From NCBI GenBank assembly GCA_041649475.1, contig JBAZNA010000001.1:197022-261021 (forward strand): a stretch of 64,000 nt of DNA. The letters run 5' to 3'. This document shows positions 1 through 10,520 of this stretch, one piece after another. Below the pieces are notes generated by a model. The model ran no database searches. It had not been told where the DNA came from and worked only from the letters and a program-made list of their open reading frames with translations. A program made the position numbers and the translations under genes. Every line of letters starts with the position of its first letter. Position 1 is the first letter of the stretch. Origin of the DNA: Patescibacteria group bacterium (GTDB lineage Bacteria; Patescibacteriota; Patescibacteriia; Magasanikbacterales; GWA2-37-8).

Positions 1-1270
1 GTTGGTCATATATTTATCGGCCAGTTTGGCCGCCGCTTCAATGGCTTCGCCCGTAATTTTCAAGTGGTGATAATTTTCGTAATTGGTTTTTATGCCGTTT
101 AAAATTTTTATGGTGTCGCCAACGCTTGATTCTTTGATATAAATTGGTTGAAACCGACGCTCCAGGGCGGCATCGCTTTCAATGTACTTTTTAAATTCCG
201 CGGGGGTGGTGGCGCCAATGCATCGCAGTTGTCCGCGTGCCAAAACCGGTTTTAAAATATTTGACGCGTCCAGTGTGCCTTGGTTGGAGCCGGCTCCGAC
301 AATATTATGCAGTTCATCAATAAACAGTATGATGTCAGGATTGTTGGCCACGTCTTCAATTATTTGCCGCAGTCGCGCTTCAAATTCACCGCGATAGGTC
401 GTGCCGGCAATTAGCAGTCCCATATCCAGGGCGTATATCTTTTTGCCCCGCAAAATATCCGGTACGTCGCCGGAGACGATTTTTTTAGCCAAACCTTCCA
501 CAATGGCGGTCTTGCCAACGCCCGGATCGCCTAAAAGCACCGGATTGTTTTTAGTGCGTCGGCAGATTATTTGAATCATTCTTTCAATTTCGGTCTCGCG
601 ACCGATAACCGGGTCAATGTTTGTTTGAATTTCCGGACTGGTCAGGTTGGCGGCAAAAAAATCCAGGGCTGATTCCTTTTTTTTGCCTTTTTTTGATAAT
701 TGGGAAAGATTGTTAAGTCCAAGCGGTTCTTCGCCCAAACTCAAACTGTCTTGCAACTTATCAATCATTTCCGGTACGTCATTTATCTGCGGAAACCCCG
801 CAACATTATTCATGACCGTTTCCAACTGGCTTTGCAGATCTTCTGTTTTTAAACTGTGATGCTGGAAAAATTTATCCAGCCACTCATCTTGCGTGGCCAA
901 AAGGGCGGATAATAGATGTTCGGTGCCAATATAGTTGTGGCCATTTTCCTGGGCGATCAGCATGGCTTTCTCTAAAGCCATTTTTGAAGACAAAGAAAAA
1001 GGAGATAAGCTGATTTGGTCTGTTTCCGGACTGTTTGTGGTTGGGTCTTGCGGTACGCTCTCGTCATAACTTAACATGGCCCGTTCAATTTTTTTGGAAT
1101 CAACCTTATATTTGACGAGCAGTTCATTGGCCACTGAGCCCTTTTGCAAAGAAATCGCAAAAAACAGATGCATCGGCTCAACTGATGTGTTTTTGAGTTC
1201 GGTGGCGAGACGAATGCTTCTGATTAAGACCTCGCGCAAATGGGTGGAAAATCTATCTATGATATTCATA
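1..1270 (-). CDS. AAA+ Clp-family unfoldase (ClpC/ClpB-like), N-terminal part; continues past the left window edge
   Basis: My own translation of the minus strand from the ATG at 1270 gives [39 protein letters not shown] (Clp_N-like). Further in it gives [15 protein letters not shown] (Walker A). It is absent from the ORF track because no stop lies inside the window. Confidence 0.85.
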
Positions 1271-1336
1271 ATAGTTGCTTTCATTTATATTGTATAATAT
1301 AATGATTTTAGCTTAATTTGTCAAAAAAATAACGCT

Positions 1337-2704
1337 ATGATAACAATATCTCCAGGAATTTTTAAAGCATACGATATCAGGGGGGTTTATGAAGTGGAAT
1401 TGGATGAGGATTTGGCTTACCGGGTGGGCAAGGCGTTTGCGGAATTTATTAAGAAAGATGCCGGTAAAAACGACTTAACAGTCGCGGTCGGGCAAGATAT
1501 GAGAATTTCTTCGCCGACCTTGTTTGAAGCGGTGGTAAAAGGCATAACCGAACAGGGTGTTAATGTGGTGGATATTGGTTTGGTTTCCACGCCGACTTTT
1601 TATTTTGGCGTCAGCTTCTACGGTTATGACGGCGGTTTGCAGGTTTCGGCTTCGCACAATCCGGCAAAGTATAATGGTTTTAAAATGGTGCGGGCCAGGG
1701 CGGTGCCCATCAGCGGGGAAACCGGAATAATGGAAATCCGGGATATGGCGATTAAAAATGAGTTTGTCGCGGCGCCGGAAAAGGGAAATGTGACAAAGCG
1801 CGAAGGTGTTTTGGAGGAGCAAATAAAATTTGCTTTGCAGTATGTTGATCTCCAAAAAATAAAACCGTTTAAAATTGTCATTGACACGGCCAACGGCATG
1901 GGTGGGCCGATGATGGAAGAATTATTTAAACATTTGCCGTGTAAATTGGAAAAATTATATTTTGAATTGGATGGAACCTTCCCCAATCACGAGGCCGATC
2001 CGTTAAAAGAAGAAAACATGAAGGACTTGCAGAAGCGAGTACTTGAAACCAAAGCGGATTTGGGAATTTCTTTAGATGGCGACGCGGACAGATTATTTTT
2101 TGTTGATGATAAGGGCGTAACCATTGAGCCGGCCATGGTGCGCGGAATTTTGGCCAAGATATTTTTGCGGGATAATCCGGGCGCGAAGATTTGCTATGAC
2201 ATCCGACCGGGAAAAATTACCATTGATATGATTGAAGAGGGCGGGGGCGTGCCGATTGTCACCCGCGTCGGTCATTCTTTGATCAAAGAAAAAATGGCCG
2301 AGGTCGGTTCGGTATTCGCCGGGGAGTCATCCGGGCATTTCTTTTTGAAAATGCCGCACGGAATTTTTGAAGCGCCGGAAATTATGATTTTAAAGATTTT
2401 ACAGGAGTTGTCGGAGAGTGGCCAGAGTTTTAGCGAGTACACCGCGCCCCTGTATAAGTATTTTCATTCCGGTGAAATTAATTTTGAAGTGAAAGACAAA
2501 CAAGCGGTGTTTGATAAGTTGCGGGAAAAATACGGAGCGAATTTGCAGTATGATTTTGACGGTTTGTCATTCCAGTGGCCGGAGTGGTGGTTTAATGTTC
2601 GGGCAAGTAACACAGAGAATAAAATGCGTTTGAATTTGGAAGCGACTAGTGAAGAGATTATGAAAGAGAAAGTTATGGAAGTAAGTGGACTTATTAAATT
2701 TTAA
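1337..2704 (+). CDS. alpha-D-phosphohexomutase (phosphomannomutase/phosphoglucomutase family)
   Basis: 455-aa ORF with the catalytic loop SASHNP and the Mg-binding motif DGDADR. Confidence 0.85.
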   Translation: MITISPGIFKAYDIRGVYEVELDEDLAYRVGKAFAEFIKKDAGKNDLTVAVGQDMRISSPTLFEAVVKGITEQGVNVVDIGLVSTPTFYFGVSFYGYDGGLQVSASHNPAKYNGFKMVRARAVPISGETGIMEIRDMAIKNEFVAAPEKGNVTKREGVLEEQIKFALQYVDLQKIKPFKIVIDTANGMGGPMMEELFKHLPCKLEKLYFELDGTFPNHEADPLKEENMKDLQKRVLETKADLGISLDGDADRLFFVDDKGVTIEPAMVRGILAKIFLRDNPGAKICYDIRPGKITIDMIEEGGGVPIVTRVGHSLIKEKMAEVGSVFAGESSGHFFLKMPHGIFEAPEIMILKILQELSESGQSFSEYTAPLYKYFHSGEINFEVKDKQAVFDKLREKYGANLQYDFDGLSFQWPEWWFNVRASNTENKMRLNLEATSEEIMKEKVMEVSGLIKF

Positions 2705-2729
2705 TTTATTTATATTTAATTTTTAGAAT

Positions 2730-3035
2730 ATGGCGTATGCAGAAAAAAATTTAATAGATAAATTACAAGATGAGATTAGGAATAAGAAGGATAAACAAAT
2801 GGAGGGGTTACGCAGGGCTTTTGAAATTTCTTTTTGGAAATATTGGGATGATCATAGTGAATATCCTAATCTTAATAATGACCAGGATGTTAATCTTTAT
2901 CTTGAGGGCCGTCCAGATTTAAAAGCTGCTGTTTTTAAACTGGATTTGGTTTTGCCTAGAGTGAAAGAAATTGCTTTTGAAATTCTTGAGAATTTAAGGA
3001 AAACAGGGGTAAGAAAAGGTGCGAAGAAGAAATAA
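2730..3035 (+). CDS. hypothetical protein
   Basis: 101-aa ORF in an AT-rich stretch with no recognisable motif. Its 3' end overlaps the convergent ORF 2956..3156. Confidence 0.4.
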   Translation: MAYAEKNLIDKLQDEIRNKKDKQMEGLRRAFEISFWKYWDDHSEYPNLNNDQDVNLYLEGRPDLKAAVFKLDLVLPRVKEIAFEILENLRKTGVRKGAKKK

Positions 3036-3156
3036 GAGTTAAACAATTTCTAAAAATATTTTTAGTGGCCATACCCACTGTTTCACTGTGGTGGGCAACT
3101 CCAACAACTTCGTAAAGTTTGCCTTTGTAGCGCTCGTATTTGCCTAATTTTAGCAT
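2956..3156 (-). pseudogene. possible DUF1653-family remnant
   Basis: The N-terminus MLKLGKYERYKGKLYEVVGVAHHSET resembles the DUF1653 core (YRHYKG..YEV.GVA.HSET). After about 28 aa the similarity is lost, and the frame runs 80 nt into the opposite gene. Confidence 0.3.
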
Positions 3157-3162
3157 AAATAT

Positions 3163-4047
3163 TTACGCCATCCCTCTTAATTTTTTGATTCTGTCTTCAA
3201 TCGGCGGATGAGTGGAGAAAAGATTGGAAACTTTTTTACCGCTAAACGGGCTTGCCAGAAATAAATGGGCAGTGGCCTGATTGGCGTGTGCCAATGGTTG
3301 ATTTTCAGCCGCAATTTTTTCCAAAGCCCGAGCCAAACCTTCGGGATAGCGGGTGAGCAATGATCCGGAAGCATCAGCCAAATACTCTCGCCGGCGGGAA
3401 ATAGCCAATTTTATCAGTTCGGCAATAATTGGAGATAAGATCGCCAAGATAATTCCCACCACCATAAAGATAATGCCGAGATCTCCGCCTTCGCGGTTGT
3501 TGTTTCTTCTCGGCAGCCAACGGCTTCGTAAAAAAATATTTGATAAAATCGCAATTGCTCCCACCATCACCGCCACCAAAGTCATGAAGCGAATGTCATA
3601 GTTCTTAACGTGGGAAAGTTCATGAGCGATTACGCCTTCCAATTCTACGCTTTCTAATTTTTCAATCGCGCCGCGGGTGATGGCAATGGTGGCCATGTCC
3701 GGTTTGCGGCCCGTGGCAAAAGCGTTGATGGCAGGATCTTCCATTATGTATACCTTTGGCACCGGCAAACCGGCAGTGATGCATAAATTTTCAACCAGAT
3801 GATACACATATGGATTTTCATCATGTTCAATCGGGTGGGCGCCGTTTGTCCAAAGCGCAATTTTGTCGCCCTGGAAATATGAAATCGCCGTCATGCCCAG
3901 AGAAAAAATAATCGCAAAGAAAACACCGCCATAACTTCCGGAACCGGAGGCCTGATCAAACACAAACCCCAAAGCAATGATGACCACAATAAAAATCATC
4001 ATCAAAATTATGGATTTTCGTTTGTTGGAATCTATCTCGTTATACAT
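3163..4047 (-). CDS. htpX: M48 zinc metalloprotease HtpX
   Basis: 294-aa membrane protein with the HELSHVKNYD (HExxH) motif and typical HtpX topology. Confidence 0.85.
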   Translation of the reverse strand: MYNEIDSNKRKSIILMMIFIVVIIALGFVFDQASGSGSYGGVFFAIIFSLGMTAISYFQGDKIALWTNGAHPIEHDENPYVYHLVENLCITAGLPVPKVYIMEDPAINAFATGRKPDMATIAITRGAIEKLESVELEGVIAHELSHVKNYDIRFMTLVAVMVGAIAILSNIFLRSRWLPRRNNNREGGDLGIIFMVVGIILAILSPIIAELIKLAISRRREYLADASGSLLTRYPEGLARALEKIAAENQPLAHANQATAHLFLASPFSGKKVSNLFSTHPPIEDRIKKLRGMA

Positions 4048-4062
4048 TTTATGTGTGGCCAG

Positions 4063-4614
4063 CTAGAATTTCACTTGCACGTTTTCCTTTTCCGCCGCAT
4101 CCGCCTGGAAGAAATCGTATTTTTTGAAATTCATCATGCCGGCAAAAATATTTGTCGGGAAGACCTGAATTTGGGTGTTGAAGTCGCGCACGTTGCCGTT
4201 GTAGAAGCGGCGGGAGGCCTGAATTTTATTTTCCGTATCGCTAATTTCACCTTGTAATTGCAAGAAATTCTGATTGGCTTTTAAGTCCGGGTAATTTTCA
4301 CTGACGGCAAACAAGGTTTTTAAGGTGCCTGATAATTGATTTTCCGCTTGTTCGCGTTCAGCCATTGAACCGCCTTTGGCCGACATAGCCGCGGTTCTGG
4401 CTTCAGTTAATTGAACCAAAGTGTCGTGTTCATGGGTCATGTAGCCCTTTACCGTTTCCACTAAATTCGGAATCAAGTCATAGCGGCGTTTCAATTGGAC
4501 GTCAATATCGCTAAAGGCCTCATCCACGCGGTTTTTTGACTTAATTAAACCGTTGTATATGGCTATAATCCAAAAAACGATCACGGCCACTATTGCCAAA
4601 ATTACCCAAAGCAT
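4063..4614 (-). CDS. lemA: LemA family protein
   Basis: 183 aa with an N-terminal TM helix followed by the LemA-like sequence YNGLIKSKNRVDEAFSDIDVQLKRRYDLIPNLVETVKGY. Confidence 0.85.
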   Translation of the reverse strand: MLWVILAIVAVIVFWIIAIYNGLIKSKNRVDEAFSDIDVQLKRRYDLIPNLVETVKGYMTHEHDTLVQLTEARTAAMSAKGGSMAEREQAENQLSGTLKTLFAVSENYPDLKANQNFLQLQGEISDTENKIQASRRFYNGNVRDFNTQIQVFPTNIFAGMMNFKKYDFFQADAAEKENVQVKF

Positions 4615-4727
4615 ATGATTAAGATTAAAATTAAGTTATATTTTCTGCCCGCAGGGCAGCTATTGGCTTTTTCGTGAGTTTATTATATGATATAGCAATA
4701 AAATAAGCAAGATTTTCTCTTTATTGT

Positions 4728-6026
4728 ATGATTACCCTATTAATCTTTTTGGCCATCTTGGCAATTTTGGTTTTATCCCATGAATTTGGGCATTTTGTTG
4801 CCGCGCGCCGAAGCGGGATGAAGGTTTATGAGTTTGGTTTTGGCTTTCCGCCAAGGTTATTTGGCATCCAACTGCTCAAAAGCAGAAAACCGGCTAAAAT
4901 TGGTGAAATTCAAGAAACAGATATAAAAATTGAAGATATAAAAACAGCGGACGGCCAGGAGGTTGTGACCGAAACAGTGACGACAGACACTAAGACAATA
5001 GTTCAAACCACGAAAAAGTGGCGTTTTATTTGGTGGAATAAGGATGTTGTACCTGAAGAAGGAGACAGCACGCTGGAACATGGCACGGTTTATTCTTTTA
5101 ATCTGATTCCCCTGGGCGGTTTTGTGCGTATCAAAGGTGAAGAAGGCGACGAAACAGGTCCGGATAGTTTTAATACGCAAAAAACTTGGAAAAAGGCCAT
5201 CACGCTGGTTGCCGGCGTGGCCATGAATGTGGTTTTAGCCGCGATTTTGCTTTCAATCGGGTTTATGACCGGCATACCGCAAGCGGTTGATGATTCTACG
5301 GTTGGAGTGAGAAACAGGCACGTGGAAATCGTCCAGGTTTTGCCGGGCAAGCCGGCCGAGCTGGCTGGTTTAAAAGCCGGCGATGAATTTTTAAAAATTG
5401 ATAATATAAATTCTCCCAGTTCAAAACAATTGCAGGATTATTTAAATGCCAATAAAGATAAAAATATTAATGTCGTTGTAAACCGGAATGGCCAGCTTAT
5501 TACAAAAGATATTCATCCAATTATTTATCCGGATACGGGCAAGGCGGGTTTGGGTGTGTCCATAGTTGATGTCGGCGTGGTTGGTTATCCGTGGTATAAA
5601 GCCATATATTATGGAATAATAACCACCGGATTTTATTTGAAAGAAATCGTGTTGGCGTTTTACGGTTTGATTAAAGGGCTCTTTGTCGGCGCGCCGGTGG
5701 GTGATGCTGTTTCCGGGCCGGTGGGCATTGCGGTTATGACCGGGCAAGTGGCTAAACTTGGTTTTGCTTATTTGTTAAATTTTACCGCCTTATTATCATT
5801 GAATTTGGCAATCATAAATATTTTGCCGATCCCGGCTTTAGATGGCGGTCGGTTGTTATTTCTGGTAATCAATAAATTTAAACGCAAGCAAATTAATCCC
5901 AAGCATGAACAGTTGGCGCATACCATCGGTTTTGCCCTGTTGATGCTTCTGGTGGTGGTGGTGACGGTAAAAGACATCGGCGCGTTTAGCGGTTCAATCG
6001 TGAACTTCTTTAAAAATTTATTTTAA
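4728..6026 (+). CDS. rseP: M50 site-2 protease (RseP-like) with PDZ domain
   Basis: HEFGHF is near the N-terminus, a PDZ-like region follows (LPGKPAELAGLKAGDEF), and the C-terminus has LNLAIINILPIPALDGG. Confidence 0.85.
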   Translation: MITLLIFLAILAILVLSHEFGHFVAARRSGMKVYEFGFGFPPRLFGIQLLKSRKPAKIGEIQETDIKIEDIKTADGQEVVTETVTTDTKTIVQTTKKWRFIWWNKDVVPEEGDSTLEHGTVYSFNLIPLGGFVRIKGEEGDETGPDSFNTQKTWKKAITLVAGVAMNVVLAAILLSIGFMTGIPQAVDDSTVGVRNRHVEIVQVLPGKPAELAGLKAGDEFLKIDNINSPSSKQLQDYLNANKDKNINVVVNRNGQLITKDIHPIIYPDTGKAGLGVSIVDVGVVGYPWYKAIYYGIITTGFYLKEIVLAFYGLIKGLFVGAPVGDAVSGPVGIAVMTGQVAKLGFAYLLNFTALLSLNLAIINILPIPALDGGRLLFLVINKFKRKQINPKHEQLAHTIGFALLMLLVVVVTVKDIGAFSGSIVNFFKNLF

Positions 6027-6034
6027 TTTTAAAT

Positions 6035-7066
6035 ATGCAATCTAAACTGCAGAAATTAAAAACCGAAGCCCTGCTGGCGATAAAATCCGCAAAAGATAAA
6101 TTGGAAGTTGAGGCCTTGGAACAGAAATTATTCGGCCGCAAGGGCGGAGAGATGACGGATATCTTGAAAGGCATAAAAGATTTGAGCGAAGATGCAAAAA
6201 AAGAAATCGGGCAATTGGCCAATGAAGTGAAAAAAGAAATTGAAAACGCGCTGGCCGCAAAAAAACAAGAGGTTTTGTCAAAAAGTTTTGCCGGCGCCTT
6301 GGAAAAAGAGCGAGTGGATTTAACCCAGCCGGCTTTGCCGCATCAAGAACGCGGGCATCTTCATCCGGTGTCAGTAATTCAAAATCAGTTGGAGGATTTA
6401 TTTGCGTCAATGGGTTTTATGGTTTTAGACGGTTCGGAATTGGAAAGCGATTATTATAATTTTTCAGCGGTAAATATTCCGGAAGATCATCCGGCGCGCG
6501 ACATGCAGGATACTTTTTATATTAAAAACCATCCGGATTGGGTGATGCGAACCCACACTTCTTCAATGCAGGTGCGGGGAATGCAAAAATACGGCGCGCC
6601 GCTTCGGGCGATTATTCCGGGCAAGTGTTACCGGAATGAAGCCACCGATGTCAGGCATGAACACACCTTTTATCAAATGGAGGGGTATGTTGTTGATAAA
6701 AATATCAACTTCGGGCACATGAAAGCGGTTTTGGAAACCGTGGCCAAAAATTTGTACGGCGCGGAAACCCAGGTTCGGCTGCGGCCGAAGTTTTATCCGT
6801 TTGTGGAGCCGGGCGTCAACGGCGAAGTGACTTGTTTTTTGTGTCATGGCAACGGTTGCCGGTTGTGTAAAAACAGCGGCTGGCTGGAGATTTTTGGCGC
6901 CGGTATGATTCACCCCAATGTTTTAAAAGAAGCCAATATTGATTCGAAAATTTATTCCGGTTTTGCTTTTGGCTTTGGTCTCACCCGTTTGGTGATGCTT
7001 AAATACGGCATTGAAGACATCCGCCTGCTCCAAAGCGGGGAGATGAAATTTTTAGAACAATTTTAA
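6035..7066 (+). CDS. pheS: phenylalanine--tRNA ligase alpha subunit
   Basis: 343 aa with class II aaRS motifs (HPARDMQDTFY, FRNE-like CYRNEATDVRHEHTFYQMEG, GFAFGFGLTRL). Confidence 0.95.
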   Translation: MQSKLQKLKTEALLAIKSAKDKLEVEALEQKLFGRKGGEMTDILKGIKDLSEDAKKEIGQLANEVKKEIENALAAKKQEVLSKSFAGALEKERVDLTQPALPHQERGHLHPVSVIQNQLEDLFASMGFMVLDGSELESDYYNFSAVNIPEDHPARDMQDTFYIKNHPDWVMRTHTSSMQVRGMQKYGAPLRAIIPGKCYRNEATDVRHEHTFYQMEGYVVDKNINFGHMKAVLETVAKNLYGAETQVRLRPKFYPFVEPGVNGEVTCFLCHGNGCRLCKNSGWLEIFGAGMIHPNVLKEANIDSKIYSGFAFGFGLTRLVMLKYGIEDIRLLQSGEMKFLEQF

Positions 7067-7084
7067 CTTTCTTTCACACAGAAT

Positions 7085-9532
7085 ATGCTTATCTCTTTTA
7101 ACTGGTTAAAAAAATACGTCAAGTTACCTGATTCGGTTAGTGCCGAGGATGTAGCTGAAAAATTAAAGCAAAGCACGGTGGAAATTGAAAAAGTGGCCAG
7201 TCGCGCCAAGGATTTGGAAAATATTGTAGTTGGAAAAGTTGTGTCTTGCGATAAACATCCGAATGCCGATAAATTACAGGTTTGCAAAGTCAGCGTCGGC
7301 AATGAAGAAGTGGAAGTTGTTTGCGGAGGCAGTAATGTGAAAGAAGGAATGCTGGTGGCGCTGGCAAAAGTTGGCGCCAAAGTGCGCTGGCATGGAGCCG
7401 GGGAGTTGGTTGAGCTTGCGCCAACAGAGATTCGCGGCGTGAAATCATTCGGGATGATTTGCGCGTCAACTGAAATCGGTCTGGCTGACATGTTTCCTTT
7501 AAAAAGCGAAAAAGAAATTTTGGATTTGAGCGGCGTGAAAGCAAAGCCGGGCGCGCCTTTAAACAAAGCGTTGGGTTTGGATGATGCGGTTTTAGAAATT
7601 GATAATAAATCTTTGAGCAACCGGCCCGATCTGTGGGGGCATTACGGCCTGGCGCGTGAAGTGGCCGCGTTATATAAAAAGGATTTAAAAGCATACGAGG
7701 TCAAGAAAATAAAATCGGGCAAGGGCCTGAAAGTGAAAGTAGAAATTGAAGATAAAAAGTTGTGTCCGCGGTATATGGCCGTGGCCGTCTCGGGAATTAA
7801 GGTGAAAGAGTCCCCGGAGTGGCTAAAGAAAAGTTTGTTAGCAGTGGGCCTGCGACCAATAAACAACATCGTTGATATCACCAATTATGTGATGATGGAT
7901 TTGGGTCAGCCCATGCATGCGTTTGATGCCAAGGTTTTATCTGGCGATAAGAAACAGGCCGCGATTGTGGTGCGGCGTGCGAAAGACGGCGAAGAATTCG
8001 TTACTTTGGATGAACAGAAAAGAAAATTGGATTCGTCAATGCTTATGATTGCCAATCCGGAAAAATCGTTGGCCATTGCCGGCGTAATGGGCGGGATGGA
8101 AAGCGGAATTAATGCCGGTACTGATACTATAATTTTTGAATCCGCCAATTTTGATGCTTCATCAATAAGAAAAACGTCTACTAAATTGGGTTTGCGCACT
8201 GATTCATCGGCTCGTTTTGAAAAAAGTTTGGATCCGAATTTGTGCGTGTCGGCTTTAAGCAAAGCCGTCCAATTGGCGCTGGAATTAAATCCCGGCGCCG
8301 GTGTAGGCGGTAATATTGCCGATGAAGCAAATTTTCATCTTAGCACGGGTCCAATAGGATTTGGCCTGGAATATTTGAAGAAAATTGCCGGAGTGGAAAT
8401 TTCCAAAAAAGAAGCGGTAAGCATTTTAGAACGATTGGGTTTTGCGGTCACCGGTAAAGGCGATGAAATGAAAGTAAAAATTCCCAGCTGGCGCGCCACC
8501 AAAGACATCTCTCTTCCCGAGGACTTGGTTGAAGAAATTGTGCGTATTTATGGCTATGAAAATATATTGTCTGCGATGCCGACGTTTCCGATAAACCCGC
8601 CGGAAGAAAACAAAGTGCGTAAACTGGAAAGACAAATTAGGGATTTGCTGGTAAAAGAAATGTCATATACGGATATGTATAATTATTCTTTTGTCAGTCC
8701 GCAGATGATTGCCAAAATGAATGATGATGTTAAAAAATATATTGAACTTGATAATCCAATTTCGCAGGAACGGCCGTATGTGCGCCGGCATTTAATCACT
8801 AACCTGTTGGAAAATATTTTAAAAAATATTGATAATCATCCCACTTTGCGTTTATTTGAAATCGGTAAAACCTTTATAAGTGAAAAGCCGGGGCAAAGAA
8901 CAATGGCCAACAATGACGATCTGCTTCCGCGCCAGGACACCTGGCTGACAAGTGTGTTTGTGGAAAAGAAAAATGCGGCGCCGTTTTGGCAGGCACGCCG
9001 GGTAGTGGAAAATATTCTGGGCGATTTGGGGCAAAATTTTGAAGTGAAGGTGCCGAAAGAAATTTATCCGTGGCAGCATAAAGCGCGCGTGGCCAGAGTA
9101 ATGGTTGCCGGAGAAGATGTGGGTTCGGTTTATGAACTTAATCCGGCCGCGGGAGCCAACTTAGGTTTAGAGTGGAGCGTGGGCGTGGCGGCGTTAAACA
9201 TTGATAAGCTGGCAATGCTGCCTGTGTCTGACAAAAAATATAAACCACTGTCAGAATATCCGGCCATAGAACGGGATTTGGCGATTTTGGTGAAAAAAGA
9301 AGTTTCACACGGTGAAATTATTTCAGCCCTGGCGCACACTGATCCGATTTTAGCATCTGTGGATCTGTTTGACGTCTATGAAGGAGAGAACATCGGCGCC
9401 GGTTACAAAAGCATGGCTTATCATTTTGTCTATCGCGACCTTAAGCGAACCCTTACGGCCGGAGAGGTTGAAAAAGTGCACAGTAAAATTTTAAAAATTC
9501 TTCAGGAAAAATTTAAAGCGAGCGTGAGATAG
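7085..9532 (+). CDS. pheT: phenylalanine--tRNA ligase beta subunit
   Basis: 815 aa, directly after pheS. It has the N-terminal tRNA-binding OB domain (HPNADKLQVCKV), B3/4 and B5 regions, and a FDX-ACB C-terminus. Confidence 0.95.
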   Translation: MLISFNWLKKYVKLPDSVSAEDVAEKLKQSTVEIEKVASRAKDLENIVVGKVVSCDKHPNADKLQVCKVSVGNEEVEVVCGGSNVKEGMLVALAKVGAKVRWHGAGELVELAPTEIRGVKSFGMICASTEIGLADMFPLKSEKEILDLSGVKAKPGAPLNKALGLDDAVLEIDNKSLSNRPDLWGHYGLAREVAALYKKDLKAYEVKKIKSGKGLKVKVEIEDKKLCPRYMAVAVSGIKVKESPEWLKKSLLAVGLRPINNIVDITNYVMMDLGQPMHAFDAKVLSGDKKQAAIVVRRAKDGEEFVTLDEQKRKLDSSMLMIANPEKSLAIAGVMGGMESGINAGTDTIIFESANFDASSIRKTSTKLGLRTDSSARFEKSLDPNLCVSALSKAVQLALELNPGAGVGGNIADEANFHLSTGPIGFGLEYLKKIAGVEISKKEAVSILERLGFAVTGKGDEMKVKIPSWRATKDISLPEDLVEEIVRIYGYENILSAMPTFPINPPEENKVRKLERQIRDLLVKEMSYTDMYNYSFVSPQMIAKMNDDVKKYIELDNPISQERPYVRRHLITNLLENILKNIDNHPTLRLFEIGKTFISEKPGQRTMANNDDLLPRQDTWLTSVFVEKKNAAPFWQARRVVENILGDLGQNFEVKVPKEIYPWQHKARVARVMVAGEDVGSVYELNPAAGANLGLEWSVGVAALNIDKLAMLPVSDKKYKPLSEYPAIERDLAILVKKEVSHGEIISALAHTDPILASVDLFDVYEGENIGAGYKSMAYHFVYRDLKRTLTAGEVEKVHSKILKILQEKFKASVR

Positions 9533-9540
9533 TAAAAAAT

Positions 9541-9569
9541 TTGTTGCATCTTTAAATTTGTGCTATAAT
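9541..9569 (+). promoter_or_regulatory. sigma70-type promoter (TTGTTG-N17-TATAAT with extended TGc)
   Basis: The sequence reads ttgttg catctttaaatttgtgc tataat. It lies 39 nt upstream of the 9608 start. Confidence 0.5.
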
Positions 9570-9607
9570 ATCTTCAGATTATTTTTATTTTTAATTTAAG
9601 GAGCGGT

Positions 9608-9994
9608 ATGATAGAAACTTCCAAAGATATTTTATACCTGGTCATCGCGTTTTGTGTTTTGTGGCTGACGGTTTTTCTCTGCTGGACGTTTTTCTACGTG
9701 GTGAAAATTTTAAAGAACACCAACCGGGTGGTTGAAGAATTTCGCTCGCGCCTGCAACTGCTAACTGAAACCATAAATTATGTGCGCGGCAAGGTGGAAA
9801 GCATTCATGCTTTGATTGGTTTAGCCGGCGGCAATGTAGCCAATGCCGTAAAAAATATCGTGAGCAAGAAAGCCAAAGAATGGGTTGATAGCGGTTCTAA
9901 AAAAATGAATACTTCAGCTAAAGACGCGGTGGACTTTGCGGTAAAAGCGACTGCAAAGGGCATGAGCAAGGTAGCAAAGAAGATTAGAAGATAA
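9608..9994 (+). CDS. small membrane-anchored protein (DUF948/YtxH-like, tentative)
   Basis: 128 aa with one N-terminal TM helix and then a Lys/Ala-rich helical region. AAGGAG lies 4 nt before the ATG. Confidence 0.6.
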   Translation: MIETSKDILYLVIAFCVLWLTVFLCWTFFYVVKILKNTNRVVEEFRSRLQLLTETINYVRGKVESIHALIGLAGGNVANAVKNIVSKKAKEWVDSGSKKMNTSAKDAVDFAVKATAKGMSKVAKKIRR

Positions 9995-10010
9995 AATAAA
10001 TTTAAACAAG

Positions 10011-10032
10011 AGAGCCCACCCGGGCTCTTTTA
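10011..10032 (+). terminator. intrinsic terminator
   Basis: Hairpin agagccc-accc-gggctct followed by tttt. Confidence 0.7.
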
Positions 10033-10046
10033 AGTTGCCTCCTATC

Positions 10047-10075
10047 TTGACAAAAAAATATTTTTAGTGTATTCT
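10047..10075 (+). promoter_or_regulatory. candidate promoter of GC-rich gene 1 (TTGACA-N17-TATTCT)
   Basis: The -35 hexamer is perfect and the -10 is moderate. The 5' UTR is about 70 nt and contains small hairpins. Confidence 0.4.
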
Positions 10076-10149
10076 TGGTGATTATTCCTTAGGTAAGGAA
10101 GCCCGGACCATTCCGGTTCGGGTATGATGATAGAGGAAGGAGAAAAAAG

Positions 10150-10497
10150 ATGGGAATGCGCGCGAAGGACTGGGAGGCGGCCCAGGCCGTTTTCTTGAAA
10201 GAGGCCGGTGCCGACCCTGACCCCGACGATTCGTGGACCGTAGTTCGGTCGCCGAGTTTGCAGGAGCTTCTGCTGGCAAAGGAGCAGGAGTTCCCGGTTG
10301 AGCTCGAGCTCTCCGACGGCCGCAAGATGACCGTGTTCGTCGAGGATATCAAGGACCCCGACGCGCACGGCGAAGTGGAGGTGTACGTAATGTACGTCGC
10401 CAACGGCAACCGGCGCCGGCGGTACCTGCACTTCACCCCCGACGTCTACGAGCCCAGGGTCAACGTCTACCCCGAGCCCAAGGAATCCGTGGGCTGA
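10150..10497 (+). CDS. GC-rich orphan protein 1 (115 aa, acidic, no recognised domain)
   Basis: AGGAG lies 7 nt before the ATG. Hand count gives 38/60 G+C in the first 60 nt. Third codon positions in this frame are overwhelmingly G/C. The gene has its own promoter and terminator. Confidence 0.65.
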   Translation: MGMRAKDWEAAQAVFLKEAGADPDPDDSWTVVRSPSLQELLLAKEQEFPVELELSDGRKMTVFVEDIKDPDAHGEVEVYVMYVANGNRRRRYLHFTPDVYEPRVNVYPEPKESVG

Positions 10498-10520
10498 CCC
10501 CACTTCCTCCCTCGTCTCAC

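Noticed and set aside
7063-7694. 185-aa and 134-aa minus-strand ORFs inside pheT, and similar ORFs inside dnaE, leuS, infB and rny
   Set aside because: They lie entirely within well-supported conserved genes on the other strand and have no independent signals.
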